From an uncultured Gammaproteobacteria bacterium (GTDB taxonomy: Bacteria > Patescibacteriota > Microgenomatia > Levybacterales > UBA12049), in the NCBI GenBank assembly GCA_964391315.1, contig CAYMJR010000005.1, forward strand, positions 1,890 to 65,889: 64,000 nucleotides of DNA. Reading direction: 5' to 3'. The position numbers and the translations under genes were made by a program. This document shows positions 28,788-37,557 of the stretch, piece after piece. Every line of letters begins with the position of its first letter. Positions within the stretch are counted from its first letter, which is position 1. The notes beneath the pieces are model-generated. The model searched no databases and was not told where the DNA came from. It saw nothing but the letters and a program-made list of their open reading frames with translations.

Positions 28788-29274
28788 TAACAGCCCTTTC
28801 TATCCAAAAAGAGATTTCTTGATTTTTTTTCGGTAAAGAAACAACAACTTTCATACGGTCATGATAAACAGGATAAGTAAAATGTTCAGTAATTGTTTCT
28901 GATTGATTGCTTTTAACAAATATTTCCCCCGTATCTATGACTGATTTTTTTTGTTCAACGGAATAAATTTCATATGAATAATTCATATCTTTGTTCTCAA
29001 GATTATGAACAGTAAATGAAAATGAATAGAGGTTTGATGTAGGGTTATTGTACCAGTCATATTGACCAGGATATGCAAGCTTAGTGGGAAGGTTATTATG
29101 ATTTTCAAAATAAAGTTCTGTAAAATATTCGGGTTGTTCTATGCCATTTATCATCTGTTGTAGAACAATAAAGAGGGATACAGAAATTAAGACAATGAGC
29201 AATATCGTAGTCAATGTACGTTTATTATTAAATTTAGATATTAATTGTTCTTTTAAAAATTCAATTCGTCTCAT
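28774..29274 (-). CDS. Single-pass membrane protein of unknown function
   Basis: 166 aa. TM helix LTTILLIVLISVSLFIVL followed by an extracytoplasmic beta-rich domain. Overlapping stops and starts on both sides place it in the glycan operon. Confidence 0.4.
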   Translation of the reverse strand: MRRIEFLKEQLISKFNNKRTLTTILLIVLISVSLFIVLQQMINGIEQPEYFTELYFENHNNLPTKLAYPGQYDWYNNPTSNLYSFSFTVHNLENKDMNYSYEIYSVEQKKSVIDTGEIFVKSNQSETITEHFTYPVYHDRMKVVVSLPKKNQEISFWIERAVNETK

Positions 29275-29462
29275 AGTGATGTTCTATTGAGTTTAAGAAA
29301 ATTATTAAGGTCTTTTTCAGTTATCCTATATGATCTACCAAGTCTTATGGCTACTAATTGTTTGCTCTTAATATATGTATAGACTGTGATAAGGCTGAGC
29401 TGCAGTTGGTCAGCAACCTGTTTAGGTGTCAAAAGAGTAATATTTTCGTTAGAGTTAATCAT
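29271..29462 (-). CDS. Excisionase/MerR-type helix-turn-helix DNA-binding protein (HTH_17-like)
   Basis: LLTPKQVADQLQLSLITVYTYIKSKQLVAIRLGRSYRITEKDL is a typical excisionase-family HTH. The ATG at 29462 is preferred over the track start at 29492, because a TTGACA-N17-TATCTT promoter lies inside the longer version. First gene of the minus-strand glycan operon (4-nt overlap with the next gene). Confidence 0.6.
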   Translation of the reverse strand: MINSNENITLLTPKQVADQLQLSLITVYTYIKSKQLVAIRLGRSYRITEKDLNNFLKLNRTSL

Positions 29463-29482
29463 GTGAAATCTTATTAACCTAT

Positions 29483-29511
29483 AAGATATCATGGAGGTCT
29501 ATCTTTGTCAA
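29483..29511 (-). promoter_or_regulatory. Sigma-70-type promoter (TTGACA-N17-TATCTT) for the minus-strand glycan operon
   Basis: Minus-strand reading: ttgaca (29511-29506), 17-nt spacer, tatctt (29488-29483). Sits 20 nt upstream of the ATG at 29462. Confidence 0.45.
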
Positions 29512-29820
29512 TAGTTTAGTATAAGATAATTAAACTTTATTATTTCTTTTAATAATTCTATTAATTAGGACTAAGATTATTAAAGAATTATTAAATTATC
29601 TATATCCTAATATTTTTGAAGTGATACATTTTTGAACTACCATACATAATTTTTCATTAAGCTTCTTCTGGAATTTGATGAAATAACCAACTCATCTATT
29701 GTCTGACCTGACAAAGCCCTAATGATGAAATTAGCCTCAACTATCGAGTGAGCATATTTATTACTCAAGAAGCCTTTAAGGCTAATGAGTAAAAAAAATC
29801 TCCAAAAATATTTTACTAAC

Positions 29821-29848
29821 TTGACTCAGGCTCATTAAATGATATAAT
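29821..29848 (+). promoter_or_regulatory. Near-consensus sigma-70 promoter (TTGACT-N16-TATAAT with TGn) for cassette A
   Basis: ttgact at 29821-29826, tga then tataat at 29843-29848. The ATG at 29869 lies 20 nt downstream. Confidence 0.6.
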
Positions 29849-29868
29849 ACTATAAGCTCAAAACAGGT

Positions 29869-32800
29869 ATGGAAGAAGAGCTAACTATTATGAATGAATC
29901 ACACAATTACAGTATAATGAGAGGGTCATCTATCAAGCACAAAAAAAGACAGTACGTTACACACACGACACTTCCCTCTTATCTTTCCGCGGTACAGACT
30001 TTTTCGTGGGGACAGAGAATCACAATCTTGGTGTTTCTTTCCCTGATGTTGGGAGGATTCTTCTTCTCTCCGTTAGTAACCTTACAGTTATTGGTTGGGT
30101 TTATTAGTATCCTCTATTTTTCTGACACACTTTTTAACTTTGTTCTGACATTTCGAAGTATTCATAAACCGACTGAAATTATTGCAAGAAAGAAAGAGTT
30201 ACAATCTCTCAAAGATGAAGATCTGCCTGTTTATACAATTCTTTGTCCATTATATAAAGAATCACATATTATCCCGCAGTTTGTTAAAGCGATTGCAAAT
30301 CTTGATTATCCCAAAGATAAATTAGATGTCATTCTGTTGTTGGAAGAAGATGATACGGAATCTATCGAGAATGTATCACAGATGCATCTCCCCTATTATT
30401 TTAGAACAATTGTCGTTCCTGACTCACAACCAAAAACTAAACCAAAAGCGTGTAACTATGGGTTGTCTTTTGCCAGCGGAGAATATCTAGTTATTTTTGA
30501 TGCTGAAGATATGCCAGAACCATCTCAGCTGAAAAAAGCATTAATTGGTTTTCAAAAGGTTCCTTCAGAAGTTGTTTGTCTTCAAGCAAAACTAAATTAT
30601 TACAATGCTCGTCAAAATGTATTGACTCGCTTTTTTACTGCCGAATATTCATTATGGTTTGATTTAACACTCACTGGTCTGCAATCATTTAATTCAACAA
30701 TTCCATTGGGCGGAACAAGTAACCATTTCAAAACAAAAGTGTTACAAGAGCTTGAAGGGTGGGATCCATTTAATGTGACAGAAGATGCTGATTTGGGAGT
30801 ACGACTTTTTAAAAAAGGATATAAAACAGCAGTTATTGATTCAACAACGTATGAAGAAGCAACAAGTAAAATAAAGAACTGGATCCGTCAGCGATCCCGA
30901 TGGATTAAAGGGTATATGCAAACCTATTTGGTGCATATGCGATCGTGGAAGTCATTTATTAAAGAACAAGGGATAGTACATACTGTTATTTTCCAATTGA
31001 CTATTGGCGGTAAACTGCTTTTTCTTTTAGTCAATCCATTGATGTGGATCATTACAGCTGGATACTTTTTTGCCTATCCGCTTTTTGGCCCGACAATTGA
31101 AAGTATTTATGCTGGCCCTATTGCTTATCTTGCTGTTTTTTCATGGATTTTTGGTAATTTTCTTTTTCTCTACTATTACATGTTGGGATGTGCAAAAAGA
31201 AATCAATGGGATTTGATGAAATATGTTTTTTTGATTCCATTGTATTGGGGTATGATGAGTATTGCCGCAGCAATGGCATTGTACCAACTTATCTTTAAAC
31301 CCCACTATTGGGAAAAAACAGTCCATGGATTTCATTTGCAAAAACGACAACCTTCGGCAATACTAGTTATTGCACCTGTCTTGCAACCTAGTTTACCGGC
31401 AGCGCCTAGACAAGCATTTATTCCTGCACAAAAGATCTTTGCATTCTTTTCTGCTCGAAATGAACAAGTGACAACACTTTTCTGGCAAACATTACCGATT
31501 GTTTCATTATTGGCTCTTGATGTTATTGTCGCAAAGTTATTCCTGCCAGCAGATACAGCGCAGCAATATTTCTTCCTTTCGATGACAGGTAAAGCTCTTG
31601 CAATGATTATGCAAGGAATCGCCCATATAACAAATGGATTGTTTGCAAAGCGCAAAAAAGCGGTTAACCGATTTTATGATTTGATTTTTTCTGTTTTCCT
31701 TTTCCAATGGATAGCCTTTATTCTTTTTGGTTATGAGGGAAGTCAGACACTTCCGTTAATCTTTGGAGACACAGTTTTCGCGATTCTTCCTTATTTGTCT
31801 TACTATCTTTTTGCAATGATGTGTTTTGGTATCTCACTGGTATTTATCCGCTATCACACAAAAAAAAGACAATATACATTTGCCTTTGTATCACTTGCTC
31901 TCATGCTGTTGCAAGGTATATTTTTCATAATGACAAAAGCAACTATCCAAGAGCTTGCTGTCGTTTCGGCATATTTTGGAACCGTTAATCTTATCGCGAT
32001 GATTTTTCTCCATATCCAACGAGACACTGTTGCTATTGTTCAGAACAATATTAACAGTTTACTTTCTATCTTTAACAGATCTATTCCAGTAAAAGCATGG
32101 AAGGAAAAACGTATGCGAATATTAATTTTTAACTGGCGTGACACCAGACACATTTGGGCAGGAGGAGCAGAAGTCTATGTCCAAGAACTTGCTAAACGGT
32201 GGGTAAAAGATGGTAATCAGGTAACACTTTTTTGTAGTAATGACAATCATAATCCTTCAGATGAAAGAATCGATGGTGTTCATATCATCAGACGTGGAGG
32301 TATGTATACTGTGTATCTATTTGCATTGTTATATTATCTTTTTTCATTCAGAAATAAATATGATGTGATCGTTGATTGTGAAAACGGTATTCCATTCTTT
32401 ACTCCGCTTTTTACAAGAAAACCAGTCATTTTGGTTGTTCATCATATTCATCAGCAAATATTCCGAGCTTTCTTGAAATTTCCATTGCGACAGATTGCAG
32501 CATTTCTTGAAGGGGAAATGATGCCATATGTGTATCGAAATAAGGTTATTGTTACTGTTTCCGAGTCTTCAAAACAAGAAATTCTTGGTTTGAAATTTAT
32601 TGAGAATGAAAAAATTGAAGTTATCCATAACGGTGTGGATAGCACATTTGCAACCTTGGAACCGAAAACGATTTATCCATCATTTATTTATGTTGGACGA
32701 TTAAAAGAATATAAAAAAATTGATATAGCAATTAAAGCATTTGCCGCGTTTCATAAAGAATATCCTGATGCACGATTATCAATTGTAGGTTCGGGTGAAG

Positions 32801-33330
32801 AAGATAAAGCGCTTGAAAAACTTGTAGCCAAACTTTCATTGGCGGAACATGTGACCTTTTTTGGACGAGTATCAGAAAAAAGAAAAGCAGAATTGTTGGC
32901 ACAAAGTTGGGCTATGATTCAGCCTTCCCAAATTGAGGGATGGGGTTTAACTGTCATTGAAGCAAATGCTTGTGGTACGCCGGTGATTGCATCAAATGTT
33001 AATGGGTTGAAAGATTCAGTTGTTGATGGGCAAACAGGTATTTTGGTTCCTGTAAATAATATTCATGGATTTACTGATGCGATGAAGCTGATTGCAAGTA
33101 ATACTGTGTATCGAAATACACTATCCAAAAATGCTTACAGCTGGTCGAAAAAATTTGATTGGAATACCAGTGCAAATGAATTCTATCGGATAATTGGGAG
33201 AAGTCTAGATAAACAGATATGGAAAAATTTAGACAAACAGAGATCTCGATATCTTGCTGCTCCTAAAAAAGAGATGGCATATGCAGTAGTAAATACCCTT
33301 CAAAAGGTAGAGACGAATGCTGTAGAATAA
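29869..33330 (+). CDS. Tripartite fusion: membrane-embedded processive-type GT2 + ~280-aa polytopic segment + C-terminal GT4
   Basis: 1153 aa. The GT2 part has LPVYTILCPLYKE, PKTKPKACNYGL, FDAEDMP, NVTEDADLGVRL and RQRSRWIKG (QxxRW). About 6 additional TM helices span aa ~530-735. The GT4 part has RILIFNWRD..WAGGAEVY and QIEGWGLTVIEANACGTPVIAS (E-x7-E). Confidence 0.75.
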   Translation: MEEELTIMNESHNYSIMRGSSIKHKKRQYVTHTTLPSYLSAVQTFSWGQRITILVFLSLMLGGFFFSPLVTLQLLVGFISILYFSDTLFNFVLTFRSIHKPTEIIARKKELQSLKDEDLPVYTILCPLYKESHIIPQFVKAIANLDYPKDKLDVILLLEEDDTESIENVSQMHLPYYFRTIVVPDSQPKTKPKACNYGLSFASGEYLVIFDAEDMPEPSQLKKALIGFQKVPSEVVCLQAKLNYYNARQNVLTRFFTAEYSLWFDLTLTGLQSFNSTIPLGGTSNHFKTKVLQELEGWDPFNVTEDADLGVRLFKKGYKTAVIDSTTYEEATSKIKNWIRQRSRWIKGYMQTYLVHMRSWKSFIKEQGIVHTVIFQLTIGGKLLFLLVNPLMWIITAGYFFAYPLFGPTIESIYAGPIAYLAVFSWIFGNFLFLYYYMLGCAKRNQWDLMKYVFLIPLYWGMMSIAAAMALYQLIFKPHYWEKTVHGFHLQKRQPSAILVIAPVLQPSLPAAPRQAFIPAQKIFAFFSARNEQVTTLFWQTLPIVSLLALDVIVAKLFLPADTAQQYFFLSMTGKALAMIMQGIAHITNGLFAKRKKAVNRFYDLIFSVFLFQWIAFILFGYEGSQTLPLIFGDTVFAILPYLSYYLFAMMCFGISLVFIRYHTKKRQYTFAFVSLALMLLQGIFFIMTKATIQELAVVSAYFGTVNLIAMIFLHIQRDTVAIVQNNINSLLSIFNRSIPVKAWKEKRMRILIFNWRDTRHIWAGGAEVYVQELAKRWVKDGNQVTLFCSNDNHNPSDERIDGVHIIRRGGMYTVYLFALLYYLFSFRNKYDVIVDCENGIPFFTPLFTRKPVILVVHHIHQQIFRAFLKFPLRQIAAFLEGEMMPYVYRNKVIVTVSESSKQEILGLKFIENEKIEVIHNGVDSTFATLEPKTIYPSFIYVGRLKEYKKIDIAIKAFAAFHKEYPDARLSIVGSGEEDKALEKLVAKLSLAEHVTFFGRVSEKRKAELLAQSWAMIQPSQIEGWGLTVIEANACGTPVIASNVNGLKDSVVDGQTGILVPVNNIHGFTDAMKLIASNTVYRNTLSKNAYSWSKKFDWNTSANEFYRIIGRSLDKQIWKNLDKQRSRYLAAPKKEMAYAVVNTLQKVETNAVE

Positions 33331-33367
33331 TTGTATAAGGGCTTCTCTTATCCGTGTAACAATAAAA

Positions 33368-34909
33368 ATGATGAGCTATAAAAATATTATTATAAATAGT
33401 GTTACTACCTTAATTATCGTCTTATTATTGTCGACTATTTTCTTATTTATAAAAGGAAATAAGCTAGGAAATCAACTATTTTACCAGTCAGATTTAAATA
33501 CCACAATTACAGGCCCTTTCGAAGCATCGAATAGTACTTCACGCTATGCGCTTACGAAATCAATCGTCGATAATCATTCGCTCGTGCTCACTAAAAGCCT
33601 TGCACGATTTTCTTCTCCTGACGTAGCCTTATATAAGGGAAAATATATTTCACTTTTCACTCCCGGTGTTTCATTTATTGGAGTTCCTTTTTATATTGTT
33701 GGCCTTAATTTAGGTATACCTCAGTTGGCTACCTTCTTTGCTACAACTTTAGTTGCAATTATTAATGTGATCCTCATTACTTATATTGTAAAAAAAATCA
33801 CGAATTCTCTTATTTCAGGAATACTAGGAGGGGCATGTTTCCTTTTTGCAACAAACGCATTAGCTTACTCTCTAACTTTTACACAACACCACTTTAGCGT
33901 TTTGATTCTTTTATTAAGTATTATCATCTTACTTCATAGATCTTCTTTCATAAATAATGTTATATTAGGAATTCTTTACGGAATTGGACTTCTTATTGAT
34001 ATACCAAACGCAATTTTACTTTTTCCGATATTGGTCTCTGTTATTTATAAACAATTTGAAATTGATGTCAAAGAGTCAAAAGTACTGTTAGGAATAAAAC
34101 TTAACATAATTGGTTTGTTAATCGGTATACTTCCTTTGCTTGGAATTTTTGGATGGTATAATGTTTCAACAACTGGCTCATATACAAAACTTGCTCAGTT
34201 TATTGGACGTACTACTTCATTTAATGTTGCTACACAAAATAAACCTACTCCTGCTACATCTAGTGTACCTCAAGGAGTACTTCACAATATCGGGATGAAT
34301 TTGCCTTTTAATACGAGATCTGAATTAGTGGGTATGTATACGCTTCTCATTAGTAAAGAACGCGCATGGTGGTATTATAGTCCAGTCATTTTTGTTGGAT
34401 TTTTAGGTTTTTTTGTGCTCTATAAGAATGAAGAAACCAGATCAATAAGTTCACTATTATTATCAATTGTGCTTTTTAATATCCTTATTTATTCTATGTT
34501 TGGTGATCCATGGGGAGGATGGGCTTTCGGTCCACGGTACCTCATCCCAGCAGAGGCAACTCTTGCAATTGGTATTGGTGTAGCTTTATCTAAATATAGA
34601 AAAAATCATATTTTCATAGTAATTTTTATGTTACTCCTCATATATAGTTTGTGGGTAAACAGTCTTGGTGCAATAACAACGGTTTTAATTCCACCCCAAT
34701 CAGAAGCACAACATCTTGTAACACCAATCCCATATACATATTTTTATAATTTACAATTTATTTCAAAAAATATTTCTAGTTCACTCTTTTATAATTTATT
34801 CTTATCTAGATTAGTATCTGTTCAAACATTTTTATACAGCATACTTATTATCTTTCTTCTGTTATTTTCAGGCCTTTATACATTTTTATTATTTGAAAAA
34901 AGGAAATAA
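33368..34909 (+). CDS. Polytopic GT-C-like membrane glycosyltransferase (ArnT/PMT GT39-like), type a
   Basis: 513 aa with more than 10 TM helices. The first-loop pattern SRYALTKSIVDNHSLVL...SPDVALYKGKYISLFTPGVSF resembles ArnT/PMT-like proteins. Conserved GDPWGGWAFGPRYLIP is shared with paralog 48068-49651. Confidence 0.5.
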   Translation: MMSYKNIIINSVTTLIIVLLLSTIFLFIKGNKLGNQLFYQSDLNTTITGPFEASNSTSRYALTKSIVDNHSLVLTKSLARFSSPDVALYKGKYISLFTPGVSFIGVPFYIVGLNLGIPQLATFFATTLVAIINVILITYIVKKITNSLISGILGGACFLFATNALAYSLTFTQHHFSVLILLLSIIILLHRSSFINNVILGILYGIGLLIDIPNAILLFPILVSVIYKQFEIDVKESKVLLGIKLNIIGLLIGILPLLGIFGWYNVSTTGSYTKLAQFIGRTTSFNVATQNKPTPATSSVPQGVLHNIGMNLPFNTRSELVGMYTLLISKERAWWYYSPVIFVGFLGFFVLYKNEETRSISSLLLSIVLFNILIYSMFGDPWGGWAFGPRYLIPAEATLAIGIGVALSKYRKNHIFIVIFMLLLIYSLWVNSLGAITTVLIPPQSEAQHLVTPIPYTYFYNLQFISKNISSSLFYNLFLSRLVSVQTFLYSILIIFLLLFSGLYTFLLFEKRK

Positions 34910-34915
34910 CCAATA

Positions 34916-36535
34916 ATGAGTAAAACAATTTATTTACCAATCGATAAAAACTTCCTTAGAAACCTCTATGTGTTTTGTCGCAAATATGCAACGGCAATAC
35001 TTATCGTCGTACTTACTGTTATTTCAACATTAAGTTTCATTTTTTTTTATAAAAATGGATTAGGACTTGCATATAATGATGCGAGGTCACATCTTGATAT
35101 TGGTAGACGTGTTGTTGAAGGACTAAAACCAGGAATTGCACAGCTCGGAAGTGTATGGCTACCGCTCCCCCATCTTTTGATGATCCCAACGATTTGGAAT
35201 GACTTTATGTGGCATTCTGGCCTTGCAGGTGCGCTCCCTTCAATGATTTCGTTTATTGCAACAGGTTTGATTATTTATAAATTTTTAGAAAGAATTTCTG
35301 TTAATGTATTTGGACGACTTGTTGGTGTTTTTGTGTTTGTCGTCAATATCAATATTTTGTATATGCAATCAACAGCGATGACTGAACTTCTATTGATTGC
35401 GACAATGACAATGGGTTGTTATGAACTATTGATGTTGCATAAAGAAGAAACGTTTTTCCGGTTAGTAAAAGCAGCATTTTGGATCATGCTTTCGACATTG
35501 ATTCGATATGATGGATGGTTTCTTTTTATTGTTGCTGCTTTGTTGATAGCATTTCACAGTATACGAAGATTTGGCTATAAAACAGCAGAAGGGGTGCTTG
35601 TTCTTTTCTGTACTCTTGGAGGATTTGGTATTTTTCTTTGGATCCTCTGGAATCAACTTATTTTTAAGGATCCTCTTTATTTTATCTTTGGTCCCTATTC
35701 AGCAGCTGCACAACAGGCACAGCTTGCAGCAGCTGGCGTTCTTGCTACCAAACATAATTTGGCTTTTTCAATACAAACTTATATTTACGCGTTAATTTAT
35801 AACTCAAGTCTTTTTCTTGTCATTACCAGTTTGGGTGGTGCTTTTTTTCTCTGGTTTAACAAAAAAATTCCTGGGAGTATGCGTATTGCGACAATTGCCT
35901 TAATAGCTCCCTTTTTTTTCAATATTTTAGCACTTTATTTAGGACAGTCTGTATTATTTGTCCAAGGACTGTCTGGAAACTCCTGGTTTAATGTACGGTA
36001 TGGATTGATGATGGTTCCAGCGATTGCGATTTTTACTGGCTATCTAGCTGGTAAACTTTCTTATATTCGATGGACTCTTGTAGGTCTTATTTTCCTCGTA
36101 TGCTTTTTTATGTTTGCAAATGCTGATGCTGTGACGCTCGATGATGCTCGTGTTGGTGCAAGTGGTAAAAATGTTACAGAGGTAAGTGGTTGGTTGAAGA
36201 CACATGTACCCGGAAATAATGGATATATATTGATTTCTGTTGCGTCACATGATGCGATTGTTTTCTCTTCAGGGCTTCCAATGAGTAGATTTATTCATGA
36301 AGGGACAGGTCAGTATTGGGATTTGGCTACTGCTCATCCTGATCGCTATATTCGCTGGATTATTCTTCGAACGTATGATAAAAATGATCTCACCTATCGA
36401 TCCTTAGAATTTAATACCGCTTTTGCAAAAGACTATACATTAGTGAATCATTTCCCCTTTGCTGATATTTATGAGCTTAAGCCAGCATATATTGATAAAT
36501 TGGAGCCGCTTCCAGTATTGCTCGATAATAAATAA
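34916..36535 (+). CDS. Polytopic GT-C-like membrane protein, type b, with C-terminal soluble domain
   Basis: 539 aa. AYNDARSHLDIGRRVVEGLKPGIAQLGSVWLPLPHLLM sits in the first loop. About 11 TM helices, then a ~150-aa extracytoplasmic tail. About three quarters of residues match paralog 49641-51281 by eye over the first 250 aa. Confidence 0.5.
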   Translation: MSKTIYLPIDKNFLRNLYVFCRKYATAILIVVLTVISTLSFIFFYKNGLGLAYNDARSHLDIGRRVVEGLKPGIAQLGSVWLPLPHLLMIPTIWNDFMWHSGLAGALPSMISFIATGLIIYKFLERISVNVFGRLVGVFVFVVNINILYMQSTAMTELLLIATMTMGCYELLMLHKEETFFRLVKAAFWIMLSTLIRYDGWFLFIVAALLIAFHSIRRFGYKTAEGVLVLFCTLGGFGIFLWILWNQLIFKDPLYFIFGPYSAAAQQAQLAAAGVLATKHNLAFSIQTYIYALIYNSSLFLVITSLGGAFFLWFNKKIPGSMRIATIALIAPFFFNILALYLGQSVLFVQGLSGNSWFNVRYGLMMVPAIAIFTGYLAGKLSYIRWTLVGLIFLVCFFMFANADAVTLDDARVGASGKNVTEVSGWLKTHVPGNNGYILISVASHDAIVFSSGLPMSRFIHEGTGQYWDLATAHPDRYIRWIILRTYDKNDLTYRSLEFNTAFAKDYTLVNHFPFADIYELKPAYIDKLEPLPVLLDNK

Positions 36536-36565
36536 ACTCAGCTAAAATGGTATACTGAATGTAGT

Positions 36566-37552
36566 ATGAAGAAGATTATTATCTTTCTTATTATCACCAT
36601 TATATTATTTACTGTTGCAACGTATCTTCCCAAGACACTGCAATTTAATCTATTTCATCTATTGAACAGGCAACAGTGGGAGATACGATCAATAGATACC
36701 ATGAAATATTCTCGTGACTCGGCAGGGGTTGCATTGCATGATCCAAAGTTTGATGAGGTAATAGATGCCCATGTGAAACGAATCGCAGATACGGGAGCAA
36801 ATTATGTCGCAATTGATACGCCATATGATGAGGAGTTTGTTCCTGTCCTAAAGGAATGGGTTGCTGCAGCGCGAAAATATCATTTGCATGTTTGGTTCCG
36901 CGGTAATTTTTCCGGATGGGAAGGATGGTTCGATTATCCCCGCATAAGTCGCGAAGTTCATACGCTCAAAACAGAGGATTTTATTCTTTCGAATAAAGAT
37001 TTATTTGAAGATGGTGACATCTTTAGTTCCTGTCCAGAGTGTGAAAACGGTCAACCTCTCGCCTATGGCGATGCAAAACAATTACAATCATATCGCAGCT
37101 TTCTTATCTCCGAATATCAGGTGACAAAAAAGGCATTTTTCCAAATAGGAAAAGATGTCCATGCAAATTATTTTTCAATGAATGGTGATGTTGCGAGAGC
37201 AGTGATGGACCGCGAGACGACAAAATCATTAGATGGTATTGTCGTGATTGACCACTATGTAAAAACATCAGAGCAATTAGTGGCTGATGTGAAATCGCTT
37301 GCAGAGCAAAGTGGTGGAGAAATTGTGCTTGGAGAGTTTGGCGCTCCAATTCCAGATATTCATGGTTCGATGACAGAATCAGAGCAAGCGCAATGGATTA
37401 ATGACGTTATGAAGCAAGTAGCAGAAATACCGCAAGTAAAAGGAGTTAATTATTGGGTTGATCAAGGCGGTTCAACAGCATTGTGGAATCAAAATGATAC
37501 TCCCCGGCTTGCTGTTTCGGTCATTACAAAATATTACTCTCAAAGAAAATAG
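36566..37552 (+). CDS. Membrane-anchored TIM-barrel glycoside-hydrolase-like protein (clan GH-A-like), present only in cassette A
   Basis: 328 aa with N-terminal anchor IIIFLIITIILFTVATYL. GANYVAIDTPYD, HLHVWFRGNFSGWEGW, CPECENG and VLGEFGAP (candidate nucleophile Glu) fit a beta/alpha-barrel hydrolase. No counterpart between 51281 and 51301. Confidence 0.4.
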   Translation: MKKIIIFLIITIILFTVATYLPKTLQFNLFHLLNRQQWEIRSIDTMKYSRDSAGVALHDPKFDEVIDAHVKRIADTGANYVAIDTPYDEEFVPVLKEWVAAARKYHLHVWFRGNFSGWEGWFDYPRISREVHTLKTEDFILSNKDLFEDGDIFSSCPECENGQPLAYGDAKQLQSYRSFLISEYQVTKKAFFQIGKDVHANYFSMNGDVARAVMDRETTKSLDGIVVIDHYVKTSEQLVADVKSLAEQSGGEIVLGEFGAPIPDIHGSMTESEQAQWINDVMKQVAEIPQVKGVNYWVDQGGSTALWNQNDTPRLAVSVITKYYSQRK

Positions 37553-37557
37553 AGCCT

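Noticed and set aside
29731-29785. 8-bp inverted repeat ATTAGCCT...AGGCTAAT upstream of the cassette A promoter, as a possible operator or riboswitch
   Set aside because: It lies upstream of the predicted -35 box, so it would not be in the mRNA. The stem is short with a ~40-nt loop in AT-rich DNA. It may be a regulator site, but the sequence alone cannot support that.
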